The translations under genes and the position numbers were made by a program. The notes beneath the pieces were generated by a model. That model was not told the DNA's origin, did no database searches, and saw nothing but the letters and a program-made list of their open reading frames with translations. DNA of 64,000 nt, taken from the NCBI GenBank assembly GCA_019058445.1, contig JAHPZA010000006.1:512001-576000 (forward strand). Direction: 5' to 3'. Origin of the DNA: Promethearchaeota archaeon (lineage in GTDB: Archaea; Asgardarchaeota; Lokiarchaeia; Sigyniarchaeales; SOKP01). Each line of letters begins with the position of its first letter. The stretch's first letter is position 1. Shown here one piece after another: positions 1 through 7,388 of this stretch.

Positions 1-912
1 AAACGAATCAAATCAAGGATGATTAGAGTTTCTTGCACTAAATTAAATGATTATTATGATTATCTTTTTTCAAACGATGAAGAAATAAAAAAGTTTAGCG
101 ATGGATTTACTATTAACTATACCCATTTTTTTAGAGATTGGGAAGTATTTAAGACGTTTCAAGATTTATTTCTTGCAAGTTTAAATAAATCTCCAGAAAA
201 ATTCACACATTTTATCAAGCCAAGCGCCTCCAAGTTAATGAAATTTCGCAGTACGGAAAATTATAAGAAAAACCAAGCAAAAGAAAAAAATAGAAGTACA
301 AAAGTAGATCCCTTTGAATTGAATGTGTTAGCAATTTTAAGTCCACTTTCACTCTTTCGCAAAATCAAAGGCCCTAAAACGTCCAAAAATACGATTAACA
401 TTTGGAGCGCTCCCTGTGCGTCAGGAGAAGAACCTTATACTCTTGCAATGATCCTAGATAACCTTGCACGAATGATTCCGAATTTTCCAGATTATAAAAT
501 AATCGCTTCAGATATAGATAAAGATGCAATAGTCAAAGCCAAACAAGGAAAGTATGAAGAAATGGCAATGAAAGAAATTTCAGAATATTTTAAGAATAAA
601 TATTTTCGGAAAAAGGAATCGTATTTTGGATTCAACTACGCTATCAATGATGAAATTAAGAATAAAGTAGAATTTATTGATGAAGATCTTACTAAGGGTC
701 ATACTAAACCATTGAAGTATGATCTTGTTTTTTGTCGCTACTTACTGATTTATTTTAATCGGATTAATCGAAATAAATTTCTTAAAAATATTGAGAATCA
801 GCTTAATGTAGGAGGCTTATTAGTTTTGGGGAAAACAGAAACATTATTCAATAAGCATCCTGTTTTAAGATTAGTAGATGAGAAACAACATTTTTATATA
901 AAATCCTATTAG
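1..912 (+). CDS. cheR: CheR-type protein-glutamate O-methyltransferase (5' end lies before the window)
   Basis: Motifs TINYTHFFRD, IWSAPCASGEEPYTLAM, SDID, YDLVFCRYLLIYF and GGLLVLGKTE. The frame is open back to base 1 (KRIKSRM). Confidence 0.9.
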   Translation, partial: KRIKSRMIRVSCTKLNDYYDYLFSNDEEIKKFSDGFTINYTHFFRDWEVFKTFQDLFLASLNKSPEKFTHFIKPSASKLMKFRSTENYKKNQAKEKNRSTKVDPFELNVLAILSPLSLFRKIKGPKTSKNTINIWSAPCASGEEPYTLAMILDNLARMIPNFPDYKIIASDIDKDAIVKAKQGKYEEMAMKEISEYFKNKYFRKKESYFGFNYAINDEIKNKVEFIDEDLTKGHTKPLKYDLVFCRYLLIYFNRINRNKFLKNIENQLNVGGLLVLGKTETLFNKHPVLRLVDEKQHFYIKSY

Positions 913-980
913 GCATTATAAATAGCAAATCTTCGAATTTCTTAAATTAAGTTAAAAACCATCAATTAGAAAACTTGAAT

Positions 981-2087
981 TTACTTGGAAAATAATTCGT
1001 TCGCAATGATTTCAGTAGGATTAAAGACGTCTGTATCGCCTTTCCAGTCTGTTAAGATATTATGATAAAGAGTCTCAAACTTTTCTACAAACTCTTTTAA
1101 AACAATCTTAGGAAAATTTAATTCTTCAGAAGTATACAATACACCTGAGACTAAATTACCAGGGTAAATAATTACATTTTCACCTTTCTTTTTAATAACC
1201 GAAATTTCTTTACGTCTCTCACCCGTTTCAGTTAATCCCTGGAGCATTATATTTATACTCGCAATCGCTGCGGATATTAAGTTTTCGTCTACTAATTCCT
1301 TTTTTTCGCTGAATTCTTTGTAATATAAACAAATTCCTGCGATATCTACTAAATATAGAGCCTTGATTTTTTCCTGCCAATCAAATTCATTAAAAGGAGG
1401 TAGTGTTAGAAAGAAGTAAGAAAGAAGTACAACAGAAATCAACTGAAGAATAGCTCCCATCATTCTTCCCTCAAGTCCATATATCTTGATTAATTCATCT
1501 GTAGTTAACAAAAAGCCAACAGCAATGAAAGCAAGGCCCGCTAATAAAAATATGCCTTTTGTTTTTAATTTCCTTATGAATTTGACTAAGTAAATCATAA
1601 AATAGGCAAAAAAAGCTGGCCAAAAGATATACGTTACAGGCTGCGTCAAAGTGATATCGATTAGAAATAAGATTAAAAATAGTATAGAGTAAATTAAAAA
1701 TATGAATGTAAACAAATATTTTTTGAAGAGAAAGACTTCATACTTTTCCACACATAAGAGTAAAAAAAATGCTGCGATCATTATTGTAAAATAACCAAAA
1801 TTAAGAAATAATGCTCTCATACTACCTTGCTTCCATATTAGAAAAGGTGATACAATTTCATCAGAAGCATAATAATCTCCTATAATATAAAAAAACCACA
1901 TAAGCGAAAAACCAAAAAAAATAAAGAAATAGCCAACATCTAGTAAATTTCGATAGTTTTTTTCTTGCTTAAAATATCGAAATAAGAGATAGAGACTTAT
2001 CTCAAATCCTGTAACTATATAACTCCATTCTAATATTAACAATGGCAATCTTATAGATCCCGTAATAGGAAATTCTAAAAATATCAT
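981..2087 (-). CDS. Multi-pass membrane protein with C-terminal longin/roadblock-like domain (Asgard-type)
   Basis: About 7 hydrophobic helices, then a soluble domain LYLVDIAGICLY...LISAAIASI...LKEFVEKFETLY...WKGDTDVF, typical of Asgard longin-like folds. Confidence 0.65.
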   Translation of the reverse strand: MIFLEFPITGSIRLPLLILEWSYIVTGFEISLYLLFRYFKQEKNYRNLLDVGYFFIFFGFSLMWFFYIIGDYYASDEIVSPFLIWKQGSMRALFLNFGYFTIMIAAFFLLLCVEKYEVFLFKKYLFTFIFLIYSILFLILFLIDITLTQPVTYIFWPAFFAYFMIYLVKFIRKLKTKGIFLLAGLAFIAVGFLLTTDELIKIYGLEGRMMGAILQLISVVLLSYFFLTLPPFNEFDWQEKIKALYLVDIAGICLYYKEFSEKKELVDENLISAAIASINIMLQGLTETGERRKEISVIKKKGENVIIYPGNLVSGVLYTSEELNFPKIVLKEFVEKFETLYHNILTDWKGDTDVFNPTEIIANELFSK

Positions 2088-2098
2088 TTAAATACCCT

Positions 2099-2872
2099 CT
2101 AATATATTACATCTTCAATTATCACATCAAAACTTCCAAAAAGTTGTTCTTCATTTCCCCTTAAGCTGTCAAGCTCTTTTAATATTTCTTTATAAAACGA
2201 TTCAAATTGTTTTTTAATAGATTTTAAAAAATTCATATTGCTTTTTAAATCCTTTTTAACAACTAAAGCATAAATTAACTGAGAGGAGATACCAGAACTA
2301 TACTCTAACAAAATTAAAGAGTCAGCTTGTTTAATTTTATTAATTTTTTCTCCCCGAGTATTAGTTATTGCTGAGAGAACGATATCAATTCCTATTATTC
2401 CAACAGAAAAAACTTGTTCATAATCTTTTTGGGTATATTCTGATTTTATTTTAGAAAAATCATGACTGTATAAACAAACATTATTCTTTTCGTTAATTAT
2501 AAATAGTTTCAAAATATTTCCCTCCCATTTAAATCCATAGAAGGATGGAAAGGTGTATAACCCGACTAAAGCAGTAATAAAACCGATTATTAGCAATATC
2601 ATCCCTATAGAAATAAAATAAATTCCATAACTTGATAAATTTAGAGCTGTAATATAATGCAAAATTGATAATACTGATACTATGCTAAATATATTTCCGA
2701 ATAAAGTTAAAACAATCCCAAGCGATGAAAATTTCTTATTTAATGGTAGTTCCATGTGCTTAGCTTTGAAAAAACGATAAATAACATATATCGTTAATTG
2801 AATCCCTAAAATTAGTGTCGTCAAATATACCAAAAATTGTATTTCTTCACTGTGATTTAGTTGAAAAAGCAT
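2099..2872 (-). CDS. Membrane protein with C-terminal longin-like domain; shorter paralog of the adjacent gene
   Basis: About 3 TM helices, then LFIINEKNNVCLYS...FLKSIKKQFESFY...FGSFD. Shares the FP(S/P)F.(G/E)F.W junction with 981..2087. Confidence 0.6.
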   Translation of the reverse strand: MLFQLNHSEEIQFLVYLTTLILGIQLTIYVIYRFFKAKHMELPLNKKFSSLGIVLTLFGNIFSIVSVLSILHYITALNLSSYGIYFISIGMILLIIGFITALVGLYTFPSFYGFKWEGNILKLFIINEKNNVCLYSHDFSKIKSEYTQKDYEQVFSVGIIGIDIVLSAITNTRGEKINKIKQADSLILLEYSSGISSQLIYALVVKKDLKSNMNFLKSIKKQFESFYKEILKELDSLRGNEEQLFGSFDVIIEDVIY

Positions 2873-3037
2873 ATTTTATCCCTAAACTCATAGAAAATTG
2901 AAATTGTGCATTACTTTGCAAACTTCAATTTTAATATAGTGACTATTAAATTCATATAAAAAATTTGGCTTTATATTTTTTTAGTGATTTAATTAAGATT
3001 ATATTCATTATTCACTAATATCTATTTAATAAATTTA

Positions 3038-3805
3038 TTGAATAACAAGGGATTTACGATTAAAATTCACGATAAATTTCAGAAATGTATTGAAAAGGTT
3101 TTTTTTAAAGGAAACTCTACGAAATGGAGCCGAAAGCTCTCATTCATAGTTGGAAACTTATTTTTGATGGCATTTTTGTATAGTTTTCTTATAATGCTTG
3201 TCCTCTACAACTGGACTGGTTCTTTATATCCGGAAGGGTCTGGATATCGCTTAGACTTTCTCGGTGATAACCTAATCCCATTTATACCCGAAATGGCAAT
3301 TTTTTATGTATACTTATTCTTTCCTATGGTAACATTAACACTCATCTATTTTGCATTTATAGACGAAGAAAAGGGATACGCTTTAGGCTGGGCCATAGTA
3401 ATAATGAATCTAATCGCAACCTTTGTTTATATAATATTTCCCGTATCAACCTATTGGTGGAGACAAGAACTTTTAGCTAATAGAATTAAAGGGAACGTTT
3501 TTGCGGAAACAATGTATTTTTATTACGAAAACGAGACTTCCTTTAATTGCTTTCCAAGCATGCACGCAGGGATGTCAACTATGTGTTTTTTTGTGTGGTA
3601 TCAGTATTATAAAATAAAGCCTAATATGAGAAAAAAGATAATCTCAATAGTATCCTTTATCATCGCGGTTGGTACGATATTATCTACACTTTTCGTAAAA
3701 CAACATTATATTGTTGACGAAATCGCGGGAGTTTTACTAGCGTATATTGTTGGTAAATATATTTTTCGTTTGTTCTCCAACTGGGAAAAATCCTTAAAAG
3801 AATAA
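3038..3805 (+). CDS. PAP2-superfamily membrane phosphatase/phosphotransferase (inositol-phosphorylceramide synthase-like)
   Basis: NCFPSMH and STLFVKQHYIVD catalytic motifs; about 6 TM helices. Confidence 0.85.
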   Translation: MNNKGFTIKIHDKFQKCIEKVFFKGNSTKWSRKLSFIVGNLFLMAFLYSFLIMLVLYNWTGSLYPEGSGYRLDFLGDNLIPFIPEMAIFYVYLFFPMVTLTLIYFAFIDEEKGYALGWAIVIMNLIATFVYIIFPVSTYWWRQELLANRIKGNVFAETMYFYYENETSFNCFPSMHAGMSTMCFFVWYQYYKIKPNMRKKIISIVSFIIAVGTILSTLFVKQHYIVDEIAGVLLAYIVGKYIFRLFSNWEKSLKE

Positions 3806-3919
3806 AATCTTACCTTCTTAACCGCGGAAAATTTTAAATTTAAAACTTTACTTTACATTATATCTTATTTTGAAAAAACTTTAAGACCTCAAAATAAGAA
3901 AAAAAGTTTTATAATCGAT

Positions 3920-4080
3920 GCCAAGGTGGCGTAGCCCGGTGAGTGGGAGATTTTCTCTACTTGGGTAGGAACGCACCAGATTCATCGGAATTGCCGATAA
4001 AGGTGAAACTGAAGATCTGGGTATCGCGAGCTTTTGTTGCGATTCGCAACTGAACGCGAATTCAAATCTCGCTCTTGGCA
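3920..4080 (+). tRNA. trnF: tRNA-Phe(GAA) with three BHB introns (3940-3968, 3980-4007, 4031-4060)
   Basis: Removing 29+28+30 nt gives a 74-nt cloverleaf: GCCAAGG TG GCGT AGCCCGGGA ACGC A CCAGA CTGAAGA TCTGG GTATC GCGAG TTCAAAT CTCGC TCTTGGC A. Each intron has a 4-bp central helix and two 3-nt bulges. Confidence 0.93.
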
Positions 4081-4081
4081 T

Positions 4082-6076
4082 TTATAACATTTTCCATTTT
4101 GCCTTTAAATCATCAATTATTTTTTTAGCCTGTATATTATAATTAATTTTTTCGTCTTTTGAAGGATAACCCTTTGCATTTACTTTATACATCAAAATTT
4201 CTTCTATTTCATTGATTATTGACTCTTTACTCACATCATATCCATGCTTTTTACATAATCTTCTTAAATCATCCCGATATTCTTTAGAATAATAAGTTCT
4301 TCTATTGGGATATGTCTTAGATAATTCACTTTCTATTTTTATTCGTTTTTCAGGATCACCTCTACTCTTTAAAACCAATCCAAGAGTTTTTGCTCGATAA
4401 TCCCATTTTCTTGGTTTTATTTCATTGATAAATTTGACTACATCTTTTTTAGATTCTATATGTAATTCATAAGTATTTTCTCTTGTAACAGGATAGATTT
4501 TTCCTGTTTTTATATCATTATTTTCACACATTTTTTTGAAATCCTCCATAAGTGGGTAGGAGGCGTTTTTAAATCCAATGCGGATACAATTGTTTGCTTT
4601 ATGTATATGAAATGAGCCATCAGTATCCACTAATCCCCTTAAACCACGCTTTTGATATTCTTTGTTTTCCATGATCCATTCAGGTACACTTACTTGATTT
4701 ACTTTCTTATCTCCCGGTTTAAGCCCTAAATTAACTAATTCATTGACTATTTCTTTACCATTAATTGTTTGTTTTATCGCATTTGCCTCTTTCGGTTCAT
4801 ATATACTGGGATATTTATTAAATACCTTTTTCATCAAATTATTAATATCTTTTACGTATTCTATTTCTTCTGACTTATTTGTTGTTACTCTAAAACGTTG
4901 TTTATTATGGGGAATACTTCCATCTCCGAGACCAATGCACACCATTTCCGCTGAATCACCATTTTTAGTGAGATTATTAATTTCTTCTATTGTATCTTTT
5001 TCTGAATCATAGTTTTGTCGGATATCTTTTATAATTTCCTCTTGAGTTGTCATTTTACTGTTATCATTTGATTTTTCAATGTTATTTATTCTTATCTCCG
5101 TGATTTTACGTTCTGTTGGTTTATCTTCCTTAATTTCATGTTTAATTTCTTTTCCATATAACTTTTCTAACTCCTTAAAACTAGTAATATCCAAAGAATA
5201 TTCTTTATATAAAGCATTACCAATATAAGTTCCAATTTTTCTACTTATTTGATTATTTGAAATTCCTCTACTATTTAGATTATCACAGACTTGTTTTAAT
5301 TTAGAAGGTTCGATTTGAATTCTGTATTCGATTTCTGATTTGGGTATATTTTCTACTTTAGCAATTTCTCTCCCTATCAAGTTTTCAAGTTTTGCTAAAG
5401 ATTCGTTCTTAATTCCATAATTACGATATAAAACACCCTTGATATCACATCCAATTTGTTCTGAAATTTGTATTAACGTATATCCCTTAGTTCTTAATTC
5501 ACCCCAGACCTTTTTCAAATCATTCTGGTCTAATTTAATTCTTTCATTTTCGTTTTGCTTGTTTTTTATAATTTCTGAACTTTGATTTTCAAGATTTTCT
5601 GATAAATTCTCATTTGCACCTGAAATGTTTAATTCATTTCCTGTATCTTCGATTAAATTTTGATTAGTATCTTGATCTTCGAGCTTATATTCTACTCCTT
5701 TCACAAAATCAATCTCATTACTATTTCCTTCTAATTTATCTTCAATTCCTTCAAGAAAATCTTTATTCGTATCCTTATTTTCTGATTTATCTTCTATTCT
5801 ATCTGTAAAGATCACATCTGTATCTGATTTTTTTGATCTAACACACTCAGGTATAATCGCGACGATATCATATAATTTATCTGTATCTACTGGTTTATCT
5901 TCTATGTTTTCTAAAAAATCTATATTTATGTTATTATCATCTAGCTTATCATATAATTCCTCAATAAACTCCTTCTCATTATCTTGATCATTATTATTAT
6001 CTTCAATTTTTTCCCCATAATCCTCTTTAGAATCTTTGAGATCATCAAGATTTTCGTCATATTCATTGCCAGACAT
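4082..6076 (-). CDS. Free-standing double-motif LAGLIDADG homing-endonuclease-like protein with acidic N-terminus and two HTH-like repeats
   Basis: Motifs AEMVCIGLGDGSI and LRGLVDTDGSF; intein-type LGLKPGDK...VSVPEWI linker; no Hint termini; duplicated ~55-aa unit (LK.V...L...G......IS..IG......LY..Y......LE.L.G.EI). Confidence 0.85.
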   Translation of the reverse strand: MSGNEYDENLDDLKDSKEDYGEKIEDNNNDQDNEKEFIEELYDKLDDNNINIDFLENIEDKPVDTDKLYDIVAIIPECVRSKKSDTDVIFTDRIEDKSENKDTNKDFLEGIEDKLEGNSNEIDFVKGVEYKLEDQDTNQNLIEDTGNELNISGANENLSENLENQSSEIIKNKQNENERIKLDQNDLKKVWGELRTKGYTLIQISEQIGCDIKGVLYRNYGIKNESLAKLENLIGREIAKVENIPKSEIEYRIQIEPSKLKQVCDNLNSRGISNNQISRKIGTYIGNALYKEYSLDITSFKELEKLYGKEIKHEIKEDKPTERKITEIRINNIEKSNDNSKMTTQEEIIKDIRQNYDSEKDTIEEINNLTKNGDSAEMVCIGLGDGSIPHNKQRFRVTTNKSEEIEYVKDINNLMKKVFNKYPSIYEPKEANAIKQTINGKEIVNELVNLGLKPGDKKVNQVSVPEWIMENKEYQKRGLRGLVDTDGSFHIHKANNCIRIGFKNASYPLMEDFKKMCENNDIKTGKIYPVTRENTYELHIESKKDVVKFINEIKPRKWDYRAKTLGLVLKSRGDPEKRIKIESELSKTYPNRRTYYSKEYRDDLRRLCKKHGYDVSKESIINEIEEILMYKVNAKGYPSKDEKINYNIQAKKIIDDLKAKWKML

Positions 6077-6204
6077 TAAAATATCTTCTAAATTTTCATA
6101 TATATAATCCTTGGATTTTTCTTTTCCGATTATGCCCCTTTTCTGTTGAGTAAATAGGGTTATCTAAATACGTGTAGTTTTTAAAATCATAGGTCAAATT
6201 TAAC

Positions 6205-6546
6205 TTGATGTTTAGCTATATGGATTCAGCAGCATTTTATGTATTTTATTTAATTTTAAATTTAGTATTACTCGCGCTCAGTATAGCGCTTTATATATAT
6301 CAAAACAAAAGACAAAATATTTTTAATTTAGATGGACTACTCAGAATTTTACTTATCATATCATCAACAATTTTCATTTTAGATTCTATTCCATACATTT
6401 ATACTGAAGCTGATCAAATTCCTTTTATCAATATCGTTTTTAGTAATATTTTCTTAGCTATTCTATGCACATCAACCATCTTCTACGAGTTTATTATATT
6501 TAGTAAAAAAAGCTGTTTAAAGAGACCATCTGATATGGTTAAATAA
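6205..6546 (+). CDS. Small membrane protein, unknown function
   Basis: 113-aa ORF with 3 hydrophobic segments. Confidence 0.45.
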   Translation: MMFSYMDSAAFYVFYLILNLVLLALSIALYIYQNKRQNIFNLDGLLRILLIISSTIFILDSIPYIYTEADQIPFINIVFSNIFLAILCTSTIFYEFIIFSKKSCLKRPSDMVK

Positions 6547-6574
6547 AAAAATTTACAAATTTAATCTATAATAG

Positions 6575-7213
6575 GTGGATAGGTTATCAATGGAATTTTC
6601 ATTACAAATTAAAAGTTCAGGTGTATCAGAAGATATTTTTAAAGACGTGGAAAAATGGTGCATGTTTTTTAATGGATTTGCGGTAACATTCTTCTTCTAC
6701 ATGAAAATCATATTTGTATTTATTTTATTTTCTATAGGATTTTTAACTCTATTGAAATTAAGGGGGATTTATAAAACAGAAAGAATCAAAGGTACCAAAA
6801 TTGATACCGAAGATGAAAATTTGCTTAAAAAACCTCGATTAATCTTAGGAACTTTTTATATTATGATGGCGTTTGGAATTTTATTCAATTTTTTTACTTT
6901 ATTCTTAATTATCGTCCTTGATCCATTACCAGATAGGTTTATTTTTGATTTAATTAATTTTTCAGGAAAGATTGATCCGAAAGCTTTGAATAGAATACAA
7001 GATTTAAATGCTGCGAAATACCCTCATGAGAAAACTATATACTACTTGGTGGCATTTATCTCTTTAGGTGCTATTTTAGATGTAGTTTTAAGCATATGGC
7101 ATATAATAAACAGCAATAATACGGATCATAGAAAGAGCTTTACACTACTCATGAGTGGAGTAGTCATAGGAATGTTAACGGGGTGGACAACATGTCTGCC
7201 TCTTTTTTTATAA
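6575..7213 (+). CDS. Membrane protein, unknown function
   Basis: 212-aa ORF with 4 hydrophobic segments. Confidence 0.6.
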   Translation: MDRLSMEFSLQIKSSGVSEDIFKDVEKWCMFFNGFAVTFFFYMKIIFVFILFSIGFLTLLKLRGIYKTERIKGTKIDTEDENLLKKPRLILGTFYIMMAFGILFNFFTLFLIIVLDPLPDRFIFDLINFSGKIDPKALNRIQDLNAAKYPHEKTIYYLVAFISLGAILDVVLSIWHIINSNNTDHRKSFTLLMSGVVIGMLTGWTTCLPLFL

Positions 7214-7388
7214 GATAGACTCTAATTCTTTTCAGACATTAAAATATTTAATTAAAAATCCTTATTATTTTAGTTATTTTGTTGATAAAAAAAAAGAAAC
7301 TAGCTATTTATTTACCAATTTTTAGAAAATCTTTTTTAATACTTCTATCTAATTTAATCTTAAGAGAAAATAAAGAGGCAAAAAGTCT

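Noticed and set aside
3976-3990. CCAGA-TTCAT read as an anticodon arm with UCA (Sec) or CAU (Met)
   Set aside because: These bases lie in intron 2. BHB geometry gives CCAGA CTGAAGA TCTGG, i.e. anticodon GAA.
3881-4081. 66-aa ORF on the minus strand
   Set aside because: It is the antisense of the GC-rich intron-containing tRNA-Phe.
4082-6076. Intein interpretation of the LAGLIDADG ORF
   Set aside because: No N-terminal Cys/Ser Hint block, no C-terminal HN-C/S/T, and no recognisable extein.
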